Below the pieces are notes generated by a model. That model had not been told where the DNA came from, did not search any database, and was given only the letters and a program-made list of their open reading frames with translations. DNA of 64,000 bases, from assembly GCF_000143415.4 (NCBI RefSeq), contig NW_003314267.1, forward strand, positions 1,123,309 through 1,187,308, read 5' to 3'. A program made the translations under genes and the position numbers. Positions 1-13,556 of this stretch are shown here, piece after piece (position 1 is the stretch's first letter; every line of letters starts with the position of its first letter). Origin of the DNA: Selaginella moellendorffii. Its lineage: Eukaryota; Plantae; Lycopodiophyta.

Positions 1-3000
1 ATAACATGTTACATCTTTGTCTATCTTATGAGCCCAAGAGTAAGCTCATATATTACGGTATAAAAAGGTAACCAAAATCTATATCCAAGGAACAATTGCG
101 AAGTTTTAACTCCTAAACGTATACCCATTCGGATCATCATTTTCATCTCTATGTATGCAACAAAGCTAATCGCCCAATCTCATTAGATAATGCCCAATTT
201 CGCTGAGACTCATCCTCTGATACCAAATGTAGTGCACATGGTTTTCACCCTTTATCCTATGATGTTTTATTATAAATAACCATGAAGCAGAACCTAAATC
301 CTTTATGTGCCATATATCACATGCCATGTGTTCAAAGGATAGTGGTAAAAATCCAAATTTCAAAGCTTTGGGCCATTAAACGAAGGTACGAAGCCAAACT
401 CTTAAACATAGAGCTAAAGAATGATGGAACTAGATCACAAAGTAACTCTTAAGCATATAACCAAAAGGGTGAAGTGTTAAAGCCAATCTGCCTTTATTGG
501 CCCAAACCCAAATATTAATAAATGGACAATATCAAAGTCAAAGACAATGATATCTTATAGAATTAATTACCAATGAATAAATCTTAGATTACAACACAAA
601 AGTATTATAAGCAAGTTATCATCCAATAAACCAATATTAGAGTATAGGAACCACCAAGATCATCATAATTAGAAAACATAAGATTCACTATCCAACAAAA
701 TTCAATAGTAAGTGTATCATTAAAAACACTCAATGATAAAATCTAACTATCAAAAACTATAAACAGTATGCCAAATAACTTACGAAAGATAACTCAAAGT
801 ACATAAAATATTATCGACTATCAAGTAAAATGCTACTCAATGGAAATAACACCCAATCTATTAAAACTAACTATAGCAATAATTAATAAAACAGAATGAA
901 TGCTACAATACTAATAAACACTCATTTATGTTAATAGATCTTAGTTAACAATACAAAGGAACTCAAATTTCTTAAGCAAGTCTCAAACCCAAAAAATCAA
1001 TCTAAGGCAAACCATGAAGAATATGTGGTAATGTGAAAAACCATAAGTTATCAAAGAAAACAACAAATTATCATGAAAAATCATGAATCATCCTATCAAT
1101 AAAGAAATGCAAAATTATTGTTGAAAAAAGAATCCACCATCTCAAAGAACAACAAATCATTCTAAATTAACAATAATCAAATAAACCTTTTGACAAAGAT
1201 AATCAACTATCCTAGATGATAGTCAATCATCTCTAATAATTGCTAGATATGAAGGCTAACTTCAACATTGAAGCTAATAAGCTAGAATGTTTTCCCTAAT
1301 AACTTCTAATAAATGAAACATTAAGTATTAAATTCAAAGAACCAAAAACTTGAAGAAACTTATACATAATTCTTGCTTAATAATGATCACGAATCTCACA
1401 TGAATTAAGTTCAATGCTACAAAAGAAATTATAGTACAACCCATAATATCCTTCTCAACACATATATAAGCTGAACTTCATAATACAAAAGCTAATGAAG
1501 AGCATATCTGCATTAATTTAAAAGTCAAGCACAATGAAGCTATACTCAATAAGTGATCACAAACGATCCTCCATGAATCCATTTTCTATAGCAAGACATA
1601 ACTCACTCCATAATAAACATAAGAAAAATCATCAATGATCGATATATCCCCAACTTAAATCCAATAAGGTTTCAATCACTTCAATATTAATCACTAACTC
1701 TTTCTCTCATAAAGTTAATATAGTCTAGGATTAAATCACTTTTCAAAGAAAAACCCAAAACTCAACCTCTAGTAAATAATCTCATCTAGAATATAACTAA
1801 CTCAAACTTGTTACTTAGTTTGTTTGAATATTAATATAATTGTTAACTAGCAAATGCATAAATGCTAATAATATAAAGCTACAACCCAAGCATTAACACT
1901 ATTTGTATCAAAACTAATGAAACTCAATATCAATCCTTAAAGAAAAATCTCATTTCACTTAAATCTCAATATCAACAATGTCAACAACGAAGCATCACTT
2001 CATTGCCATCAATACTAAAACAAAGTTAAAAGAAAACAAAAGTGAATCACCACTCAAAACTCTTCAGCAATCAAGCTAACTAAAGTAGAAAATACTTTAC
2101 TTAGTATCCAAAATTAAACCTTCAATAAAATCTAGTTATAGATAATACATCATCAAGGAGATTCACTATGTCCAAGACTCAATGTAATCCAACACCACAG
2201 ACTAAATGCAACTAAATAATATCGACAAAGATAAAATCGATATGCCAACATAGGAAAACCATGCAAGTTTAACGATCCTCCACAACATTATCCCGTAAAG
2301 CAAGTTTATCATTGCTAAATCATCATTGAGCAAAGCAAATTTTAATAGTCTTTGATGAAGTTTACAAGAAATCATTAATTGCAAAGTAACCAAAAATTAG
2401 TCTTTAATTTGCATTTAACAAAACCCAAACACTAAACTTATGTCATTGAGTTATATACTTGTTCAATAAAAAGGGTACATTCTAGCTACCAAATATAGGA
2501 ACATAGACAAGCATAGACTAAATGNNNNNNNNNNNNNNNNNNNNNNNNNNNNNNNNNNNNNNNNNNNNNNNNNNNNNNNNNNNNNNNNNNNNNNNNNNNN
2601 NNNNNNNNNNNNNNNNNNNNNNNNGGTACATAACCTCCTTATAGACAAAGGTATAGTATAGGTATTAACATCTCAACCTTAAACAATTAAGTTGAACATC
2701 ACTATACTCAACCAAAGTGTAAGGCTACCAAAACCAAGTCAAGATCAATGAGAGCTCACTACTCTCATAGAGTCTAACAAAATGTAAAGTGCAATTTGCC
2801 ACATTGCATAATGCTATAGAAAAAAGGCATAAAGGTCACATTTCTAGAAAAGCGCATAACCACTTTTTTACATCAACTCCAAACTTTATCTAACTCAATT
2901 GCCTTAGCCCCAAAAGTCAGTATCCATTTCGAGTTGTATCATATAAATTATATACTAAGGTTTAAGCCAACTAAAGTCAACTTCAACCCCTTCACTAGTT

Positions 3001-5700
3001 TTTATTAGCTTGAAAACAAAATGGTTTTCGAGCAAAATGATCAATAAATTAGCCATTAAAAAAGTCTAAGAAGATTTGTGAAAAATTTCCATCCTAGAGA
3101 AAAAATGACTCTCATTCTAGGAATACAAACTTTTAAACTCAACTAACTTCCTCCTATTAACAACTTCATATAGATTCACCTTAATATAAATTCTTATGAC
3201 CTAACAATATATTTAAGAATCGATCATCTTATCTATATTTCTAAAATCCAACATTCGTAAAATGCAAATGACTACCCAAGACTTTATCATAAAGACTATA
3301 CCTTCAAATATCCATATTACAATAACACTCTTCTTCAATCATTTTCAAGATCTAAAGTAAAACTAAAACACTAACAAGAAAAATGATATAAAAATTCAAG
3401 CTTTAAGGAAAATTTCTTATCACTCAACATAACAATACTATTTCCACTAACACAAGTGTTAGTGATGTGAATGCCTAAACTACACACCTTCTCCATTTAA
3501 CAATCTATTCCAAGTATTGATTAATAAACGAACAAGCCATAGCAAGTGAATGCTATAACCCTTTCTAACACTTTATGGGCAAACCTCTCAAGAACCAAAG
3601 TACCAACATAAGCTTAGCACATTATAAATCATTATTAAGAATTTAGTCAAAGTTACTTCAATACTGCTACTTATAAGTAGACTAGCTTCACTATGAACCA
3701 TTTTGGGGTTGATCATTGTTTAACTAAGCAACTTTGTTACTCACTATCATATGGATATAATATAAGTATTATAAATACTTGATCATCAATCAAGCAACAC
3801 CACAAACAAGCTCATATTATTACTTCAAAAGTTATATGAGCATCAAATGCCAACTCTATTCGACAAAATGCAACATAAATGCCACACCCCACCAATAAAG
3901 ATTTATAACACTAAACACCACTAATTTTGTTCACAACATAGACAAACTCATGCCACACTCTATCTGACCAAATTCAAAACTAATCTAACACCAAATTACT
4001 CAATGAGCAATAGTAAAATTCCTCGGAAAAGAATTGAGCATTGTAACCTAAGTCTTTTAATAGCAAGCCTAGACAAAATGGTTTAGTGCTCCACTGCTAT
4101 CCATCCCATGACTCACCATCATTTTCAATATGCATCAAGGTGATTGCTCTTGATTGCATGATGTGAAGACGAGTAATGAGTCATACCTCATTGCAAATCA
4201 TCTCTCTAAAAAAAAAAGAAGATGATGTACGTGTTTGATCTTTTATCCCTAGTGACACTTTTTTTGGTCTCATCTTAACTAAACCTCAAACTTGCATTAC
4301 CACTACCTTCAATCCAATATAGGAAAAGTTTATAAAAGAGCACGACAATAATTACTTGAACTAATAGATTAATCCCTACAGTCTTGATTGATACAAATAA
4401 TCATGCCTAGGAAGGATTCACTAGTGCCAAGCTAAACAATTATAAACCAGCCTATTTGCCATTCATAGCAAACCCAAGGAAGGTTTATTTTCACCCACAG
4501 TACATGGAACAACTTATGGAACCACCAATAGGCTAACATTAATCCTACCAACTCAAAGTATAAGCTTGAGTTGCTAATGTGCCTCACTTATGAGCCCAAG
4601 TGTAAACTCATGCAAAATAGTACATCTCAGTTCATCTTATGAGCCCAAAAGCAAGTTTGCATAATATGGTATAAAAGGTAACTAAAATCCATATCTAAGG
4701 AATGAATGTAAAGCCTTAGCACCCAAATGTATACCCAGTTGGATTATCATTTTCATCTCTCCATCTCTCCATGTGCCATGTGTCACATGCCATTTGTCCA
4801 AGGACAACATAATGGAACTCGAGTTTCAAGGCCTTGGCCATTAAATGAAGGCATGAAGCCAAACTCTTAAGTATGGAGTTAAAGAGCAATGGAACCGGAA
4901 TATAGAGCAATTCTCGAGTGTACAGCTTAAAGAGCAAAGAGATAGAAGCATAGAGCGACTTGGAATAGTTCTAGAGCATCTAGCATTCTAATGCTAGGAC
5001 CAACATGTAAAATGGAGCCAAAGTTTAGCACTATTTCAGCATACTGGTGGCCTAACATGAAGATATACCAACTAGCATAGTGTGGAACTTGGGCTTAGAC
5101 CTAAGCCAAATGTAAAACAAGGACAGGCACACAAGCAAGAGCTAAATTATGCCTTAGGTTGGTTGGCCATGCCCCACCTTTAACCTTAGTACCGAGACTA
5201 ACTCAAAACTTACTAAATATGGAATGGCACTAGATTGCAAATTTGGGTATGGGATGAACACTATTATGTTCAAGACAATCTCTACATTTCGTAAATATGC
5301 CAAATTAACAAATCTAGATACTTTCCATAAATAGCAATTAGGATTGAATAGGACTAACACAAAATGCATGATAGCAAGGGTGTTTGGTAGACATAGTGAA
5401 CTATCATTTGATGAATATTGAGGGACCAAACTCAATATCGCAAGGGTTCCTAACATTAGCAACTGCAAGTCAACGAATGACTTTTTCTAACCAGATCAAT
5501 TATACTTGACTAATAGCACTTAGGAATTCCACCCTTATGCTCATCTAGTTAAGTGCACACACAAAGACTAATTTCTCAATTAGCTTAGGCAGAGACTGAA
5601 AAAAGGACCAGCAATACTAACCTCCTGCCATTGTGGCAATAAAGAAAGAATATCCGAAAGGACTAGTTGATAGGTAACTTTTAATACCTGCAATTATATT
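1..5700 (-). mobile_element. Cluster of old, AT-decayed LTR-retroelement remnants (family F2), spanning an assembly gap at 2525-2624
   Basis: Reverse-complement PBS (ctctgatacca, 215-225) abuts an LTR end tgtagtgcac at 228. Blocks 1-475, 3410-4760 and 4770-5700 align by eye with 37200-39090 and 7419-8570. No long ORFs; strongly CpG-depleted. Confidence 0.6.
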
Positions 5701-7000
5701 CACAACACTAGAATATAGAGATTAGTAAAGGCCAAAAGGAGTATTCCATCATAAATGATTGTGAAGTTCATGTAGACATCACTATTGCTCAACTCCTCTC
5801 CAAATGCCTAAGATTGCGGAGAGAGCTTCATCAAGGAATCAGTGTAAAAGTGAGAAAGGCAAAGAATGGGCAGGCACATAGAGTGCAAACTCTCACTACT
5901 AAGGCTAACATAGAGGCTCCAATGGTGGGAACTATTTTTGAAGAAATTTGAGTACAAAGGATTCTAGTGCAGCTATATGTATCATGAGTGATTGGCTGAT
6001 GGAGAAACTTGGATTGAAATATACTCAACTCTCAAGGTGGAAAATTAAAGTGGCAAGTGATCATCAAGTGAAGCTGATTAGAATGATCACTAACCTTCTC
6101 ATAACAATTTATTGGATATCCACCATAATCAACATGTATGTCATTCATCTAAAGAGAAGTAACAATGGTTATCCTATGATCCTTGGATGTCCTTAGTTGC
6201 ATAAGGTTTGTGCCAAGAATGATTGGGAGATAGGTGAAATGATCATACATGATGAGAAAAAGTAGGTTAAAGTATCTATGCAACAGAATCTTACAAAGGT
6301 GTTGGAAGAATCTCTCATGCACAATGACGATAGCTATGATTCATAGAATAGTGACTATGAATTAGATTCAGAAAGTGATCTCGAGGTGAATGATCTATAT
6401 GCATTGTAGATTATGCTGATGATTGCTAAATGGATAGACCTCAAGCTAGTATTGAGAAAGGAAATCACTTTTTGCAAGAAAATGTGGACAAACACAACTT
6501 TTATGCTTAGTTGGAGAAGATGCTTGCAAGAGCAAATCTTTCTAGGAGTGAATATGAAAGCTATGTAGTGATGTTGAAGAAGTTCCTAAAGCTTTTCATA
6601 AACTCCTATGAGGTGGATATAGTGAAACATGAGATTCCAATTAAGTAAAAAGCAAAGCCAATGGCTCAAAAGCTATATAGGTTGGGACCTCTAAAGTTTG
6701 ATATTATCTATGCTAAGCTAATGAAGTTGATCAAAGTTGACTTCATATTTGAAGTGGAGAATTTAAATTGGGTGTCATCTATTGTAGTAATACCAAAGTA
6801 AGGAGGGAAATGGAGAGTGTGCATCAACTATAAAAAGTTGAATGATGTTATACAATGTAAATTGTGATGGATATTCTGGATATTTTCAAGTTCGAAGTAA
6901 GGAAAAGGATTAGCTAAAAAAAACATTCAATCACTCTTTAGGGAACTTTTGTATATAGAGTGATGCCATTTAGGCTCATAAATGCAATAATGATTATATG
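5700..7000 (+). pseudogene. Degenerate Ty3/gypsy protease-RT relic
   Basis: Interrupted motifs YPMILGCP, WVSSIVVIPK*GGKWRVCINYKKLN, DGYSGYFQV and YRVMPF.LINA, with many stops. Confidence 0.7.
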
Positions 7001-7418
7001 GAAAGCACCAATGGATCCTAAAGAGCACCCAATAAAGTATGAGGTATGGATCATGGAGGGGATTATTTGGAGTTTTGCTATAAAGAAATGAAGTTTAGAT
7101 TTCTCTTTCCTCCCTTTTCACCATCAAGGGTTATTATACTTGACATTCAATGTCCACAAACTGCAAAATAAAATTTATTTTCTCTTGATGAGGTCTATGA
7201 GGCTCAAAAGATTGAGATGTGGATCTGAAAACTTCATAATGGGTTTGAAAATCTTGCATTATTTCGACATTTACATTCTTAATATCACATTGAGGATAAT
7301 TTTTATTTATTTTGTGGGGATGAATTTTGATAATCATTTGTGGTTGGTAGTGTTTTCAATATTTATTCCACACTTTCTCCATATCTACCATGATTCTCCT
7401 ATTCTAGATAGGCATATA

Positions 7419-8570
7419 TGTAACACACATGGTTTTCACCCTTTATCCTATGGTGATTAACCATAGGATAACCATGAAGTGAAACCTAAACCCTCTATAT
7501 GCCATATGTCACATACCATGTGCCATATGCCATATGTCTAAGGACACTGGAGCAAAACCCAAATTTTAGGGCCTTGGGCCACTAAATGAAGGAATTACCT
7601 AAGTATGGAGCTAAGGAGCAAAGGTACTAAAGCATAGAGCAACTCCCAAATGTACAGCCTAAGGAGAAGAGGGATAGGAGTACGGAGTGACTTGGAATAG
7701 TCCTAGAGCATCCAACGTCCTAATGCCAAGACCAACTTGCAAAACGGAGCTAAATAAAATTTGGCATTATTACAACATACTAGTGGTCTAATGCAAGGAT
7801 ATAAATACTCTATCACCTAGCATGGTATGAAACTTGGGTTTAAACCCAAGCCGGATGTAAAACAAAAACAGGCACACAAGCAAGAGTTAGATTATATCTC
7901 AAGTTGGTCAGCCATACCCAACCTACCCACTATCTCTACTATACATTTAAAACCAACACCTCTCCCTCTCCCCCTTAAGAAATGCACATTTTGGGCTCAC
8001 CTTTAGCCACCCTTAGTACCAAGAGTTAGTCTTTAAGAACTCGAAACTTACTAAATATAGAATGGCGTTAGATTGTGAATTTGGAACTATGACCAACACC
8101 ATTGTGTTCTATAGATATGCCAAATTACCAAATTTAGACATTTTCCATAAATAGCAATTAAGACTGAATGGAACTAACACAAGATGCATAATAACAAAGG
8201 TGTTTGGCAGACATGATAAACTATCATCTGGTGAATATTAAGGGAGTTTAGTCCCTCAATATTCACTAAATGATAAGTTACCATGTTTGCCATTGAGGGA
8301 CCAAGCTCAATATCACGGGGGCTCTAACACTAGTAAGTGCAAGCTAATGGCAAGAGTTTCTCAAACTAGGCCAAATCTGTTCATCAAGAAACACATAGGA
8401 GTTCTTACTTCATGTTTATCTGATTTAAATACATGGGTATTGAGTAGTTTCTCAACTAGCTCAAGTGGGAATTATAAAAGGAACCAACTGTACTAACCTC
8501 CTACTGTGATGATAGTAAGGAAAGAGTGTTCGTAAGGACTGGCTGATAAATATCTTTCAATACCCAAAGT
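7419..8570 (-). mobile_element. Old LTR (probably solo) of family F2
   Basis: Starts tgtaacacacatggttttcaccctttatcctat, like 228 and 38568. Colinear with 4770-5690 and 38568-39060. Right end approximate. Confidence 0.55.
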
Positions 8571-8574
8571 CATA

Positions 8575-9660
8575 TTTGCGATAATATAAAACATTATTAT
8601 GTGACTAAAAAGTTGCATATGTCTTTCTATTAGCTGGAAATGTGATATGATGTTATCCAGTATGCATGTAGTTGTATTTGGTGTTCGTCCTACAAAAGGA
8701 TACTTGAAGTTGATTGCAACTTTCCATCCATTTGAGTTAGTGGCATTTGATCTAATAAAGCCTTTTCCATAGTTGATTATTAGCAATGATTATGTCATTA
8801 TTACTTTTGACTACTTAACTTGTTAGGTGGAAGTTGATGGTCTTGTTAGTGCATTTGCAATTTCTATTAGATACTTCCTCCTTGATTGAGTAGTGTTCTA
8901 ACATTTCTATCTAAAGAGGATTCTTTCAAATAATAGTTTTGCATTTATGATTGAGGCATTTCACGTTTTAATATTTAGGTTGGGCATACACCACACTTTT
9001 AGAAGTGTTTATCATCCAGAGATAGCTAGTTTGGTGTAATGGACCTTCAAATGGATGATTGTAAAGTATGTGAATTTTCAATATTTACATTGAAATTATT
9101 ATTTGCTATCTCTTCGATATGCAAAAGTATAGAGTTTTATTGATGCTTCACTATATAAACTTATATCATTAAAGTCCAATATTACCAATGGAGTTGAGCT
9201 TACTTTCACAATTGCCACAACCTACTAATATGAGGTTTTGGGATTAATATTTGACAAGCTTTCTTCCACTTGTCCAAATAGAGTCTACTACTTAGACAGA
9301 GTACAAATGGGACAATAATGGCACTACAACATCATGTTAAACTTCATAAACTTGATGATCCTTTCCACTGAACAAGGAACTCTTTAAACATACTATGTAC
9401 CATAAAATTGGGAAAATGGACTAATACCAAGTTATCCACTTTATACTCTATAGGTAGATGATGATGGAGTTAAATATGCCAATCCTCTAAAAATTATACA
9501 TATACAATGATTAAAATTCTTTATACAAAGGGATCAAGAACAATTAATACCACCTATAAATCCACTAGTGCCTCCTCCTAATATTCCTTCAAATCCCAGC
9601 CCATCAACCAGAAAACCTTGACTATCTTCCATTCTTCCGAAAGGAGAGGATGATATAAGG
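8575..9660 (+). pseudogene. Degenerate gypsy integrase relic with PPT
   Basis: Interrupted CxxC, PFELVAFDLI, FDYLT..VEV and SVYHP motifs. Purine tract aaaggagaggatga at ~9640-9653 is followed by tataagg (decayed tgtaagg). Confidence 0.55.
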
Positions 9661-11020
9661 TCCAAGTGTATGGCTACAATGCCATATACTAATATTAACG
9701 ACTATACATTAAGATTAATGTAGTGGGATTTTGATAGCCATTAGACTGGTTTCAATCTAAATTGCTCGCTTTTGTATATAAGCTAGTTTTGGGTTAATTG
9801 ATATGCACATTATTGTGTTCCCTTTTCATATTCTATGCACTCACACAATTTTTTTATCTAATCTATAATGCATAAAAAAATAAGAATACTTATATATAAT
9901 ATAAATTTTAATAATAAAATGTTAAAGTGGAGCTTGTTGCTTGTAAGTGCCAACTAGAAGAGGTGATAGACAATGCTACAAGAGAAGGCTAGGGTGAGTG
10001 AGTTGCACAAAGCTCCCTATGCCCACAATCTTCTTTCTACTTAAGAGAAATTAGCTATCTTTTGGGATGTCTAGTGCTAACGAGGACATTAAGTAAGCCA
10101 TAGGTATGACCAAGTAGATTGCAACTAAATGATAATATTCCAAAGATCAAATAATCACATATATTTTGTCAATTGATCCACTATAGCCCACATTTACTCC
10201 TTTTGCCTTGATGATCATGGCAAACAAGTTGATAAAGTGGTAAAGGTTGCAAAAGTCCCTCTGGCTTTTCCTGTGGCACCTTTATGCACTAATAGAGTTG
10301 CATTATTAACAATACTCAAGTATATCAACTTTCATATTCCTTCAATAAAAATTGCACTTAATCAATTTATATATCTTCTTTCTCCCAAAATGACTAGCCT
10401 TTAGATGATCATGATTGAAATAAAACCTAATTAATCAACATATTCACTTGTGGAAAATACACATGGTTGTTATAGTAAAGAATCTCATCCACTAGTGAAA
10501 AAAGTGCTTCCAACTAAACTCATAAAGAGACCACTTCAGCATGCTAAATTTGAGCATGCTCAACTAATTACGCAAACTTGTTAACCAATAAAACTGTCCA
10601 TATATGATAACTATGAGATAAAACATTTGCTACTACATTTGATTTCCTAGACAATGCTTAATAGTAAATTCCTTAAATTTCATGATTTTGACCATCTATT
10701 GAGTTTATTTAGTGTTCAACTTCTTCTGTATAAATAAATATATAAGAGGTTTATGATCTATCAATAACATGAACACTACACCATAAAAATAATATCTCTA
10801 TGTTTGCAAAGTATAAACAGTTAAAAACAACTCACATATGTAAAATATCATTGATTTACAGGATTTAAGTCCCTCTTGCATGGTACTAATTGTTTTTTTA
10901 GCATTTGCAATGTTATGGACTTGAGCAAAAATTTTAGCATTCCCTTGTCAATGGACTTACACAAAAGTTTAACTTATATAAACCCCAGACAATAAAAGGG
11001 AGAGGACCAAGAAGAGCAAG

Positions 11021-11730
11021 ATGAAGAGGCCAATGGATCCCAGAATCTGGAGGTGGCTTCCTCGTGATATTCAACACCAGCTCATCACTTTCCTCACTCT
11101 TTGCTCTCTCTCCAAGGATTGGCACTCAGCAATCTACCCGGCAGCACCCTTGGCAACACCAGTAAGATTCGCATCTCAGCCAATGGCTCCTGGAAGGTGT
11201 TGACTCTCTGGCTTCCAAAGGCAAGCCAAGTCTTCACCTGGAACGCTTTTTTGGAGGTTTGGTATTGATGAGCGTCAAGGAAAAGTACTTCATTGTCCTG
11301 AATCCAATGCTACACGGCAGGCAAGAGCTGCTTCCGCAGCTGGACAAACAGTATCATCGCCATGGAGTAGTCTTCAGTGCCATTCAGTCAGCGCCATCCA
11401 GCTGCAATAGATCTTGTTTTGTTGTCATCTTGACTTGCATTGCTGGCAACCTGCTGATGCACCTGTATGATTCGAAGGACACGACTTCGACAGCAGCAAG
11501 TTGCTCCAGGACGATCATCTGTACTTCTTGACCGTTTCACTGGGCGTTGTCACAACACTCAAATCATTCAACGTGTGGAACCCCAAGGCTACCCTCAAAA
11601 CTGTGGCATTTCATCCTTTCGTGCTCGCTTTGATTTGCATCAGCTCCTGCCTCTCTTGCTCGCAACTATTAGTATCGAGATGTATACACCAGAAACCAGA
11701 TGGTAATCATGTTGAGGGCTACCCGTGAGC
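11021..11730 (+). pseudogene. F-box protein pseudogene
   Basis: N-terminus MDPRIWRWLPRDIQHQLITFL...KDW resembles a plant F-box motif. Downstream pieces such as YFIVLNP lie in shifted frames with stops. Confidence 0.55.
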
Positions 11731-12657
11731 GCCCGATAGCCCAAGGATCTGAGCAGAACCGAATGGTAGTAAATGAATGAAGTAGAGAAACGTATCTTAT
11801 CATTTCTGATATAGAGAATTCCATAGTTCCATCACCTGTAAAAGACGATGGCAATTGTCAGAAACTGGAAGCTCTTAATAAGCTGTCAGTTTTTACTGTT
11901 TCGGTTTTGTTTGCTCTTCGACTGTTAAAGCTGCTGATGACTTCCTTCTCGGTAAGAAGACTCATCCTTTTGCAAGTTATGTGAGGTTGACGAGACATTT
12001 CTAACAAGTGACTGATATCTGTAAGTTGCGACATTACTTACTTTCACCAGATGGTTTCGTGGCAATACAAAACGCGAGACCACCACCTGTGTGCACAGCC
12101 CTGAGTTCAAAGCACATATTGCGTCCAAGCCTTGACACAAAAAACCTTAAAAAACATGCCCTTCAAATGGAAAATTACTCCTACAAACATACCAACACAA
12201 TTGCAGCTTCCACAGTTGATGGATTTTCAGCAAGACGAATAAGTGGTCCTCCCATTTCGATTCCTGAGCAAAGAAATGTTTCACAGAAACGAGTGAAGGA
12301 GAAATAATTTGGGAAGGTCAAAACTGTTGCAACTTGCGAGCTGCCCGCGACGATTCTAGCTCGGGATGTTTCTCCTTCTCTTGTCTAGAACCAACCACTC
12401 TTCTCTCTAAATACTTTCAAAACACAGGAATCACGCAACCACACTCCACTGAGCAGTAAAAGGTCAATGACACGGGTATGGCTGCAAACACAGCTTTAGC
12501 CTCATCAAGATGCCCTTCTTGGGTTCTTGCTGCAAGTATAGGCCATTACATCCCTCTCAGCCATTTTGACAAAGACTCTCGGAGCTTTTTTTTTGAGGTG
12601 TATCCATGGAACATGATATTACAGAAAACCAAATTTCGATCAAAGCCATGATCGAAT

Positions 12658-13228
12658 ATGTCCAGATGCCCGTTTTGGGCATATGCTGCTGATGATGTGG
12701 CATGTAATTATGACATCTCGTGGAACGCGCGTACGCCCAGGCGGGTGATCTCGATCACGCCGCGAAGATCTTCTCGTGCGCGATGCCGGAGAGAGATCTC
12801 GTCTCCTGGACAGCGATGGCACCTATGCGCACGCCGGCTTCCCCGACCACGCGTCGGCGATCTTCGACGCCGTCCCGGAGAGGAATCGTGTCTCGTGAGG
12901 CGTGGCGCTGCCGGTGGAGATCTCCCAGAAAGCCGAGGGGATTGGGGGGGACGAGATCTCCTTCGATTGCTTGCTGCTTGGATCCAGCCACGCCAGGAGA
13001 TTGCGCGAGGGCTGCCACTACTTTCGATCCATGGAGCTGGATTTTGGGATGGTCCCGAGCAAGCAGCATTTCCAGTGCGTGGTGAGCTTGCTGGGGCGGG
13101 GTGGCCACGCGGACGAGGCGCGGAGCTTGGTCTCGGCCCCCGACATTGTGAACTGGCGGTCGCTGCTGTCGGCGACCGGGAGACAGGGACTTTGCATTGA
13201 CGCTTGGAGGTTGGCCAGGACCCATTGA
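12658..13228 (+). pseudogene. PLS-class PPR protein pseudogene (S motifs plus L2/S2/E1-like end)
   Basis: Fragments AYAQAGDLDHAAKIF..MPERDLVSWTAM, DEISF.CLL...SH, HYFRSMELDFGMVPSKQHFQCVVSLLGRGG and PDIVNWRSLLSA are spread across frames. Confidence 0.8.
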
Positions 13229-13556
13229 CCAAGAAGAAACCCTCGCCTACAAAATTGGAGAGAGGGAACATACTCTTCCAAGATGTTTGGAATCAAAGAC
13301 ACATCGAGGAATTCGACATTTACTTGAGAAGACGCAAACTTAACCAGAATAGTCGACAGATTTTTTGTAAGCAAAATTGACAGATCCAAGGCTCCGGGAA
13401 GTAAGCAGAGACATATGTACAAAATGCTTAGCCCTGCACAGCGCAAGAACGAGCTTAGCAAAAAGAAAAAAAAAGTAAAAAACGAACAATCAGGAAAATA
13501 TCTTACGTTTGAACCTGTGTGGACGACCGCTGGGACTTGTGTCACGGGCATCCGAG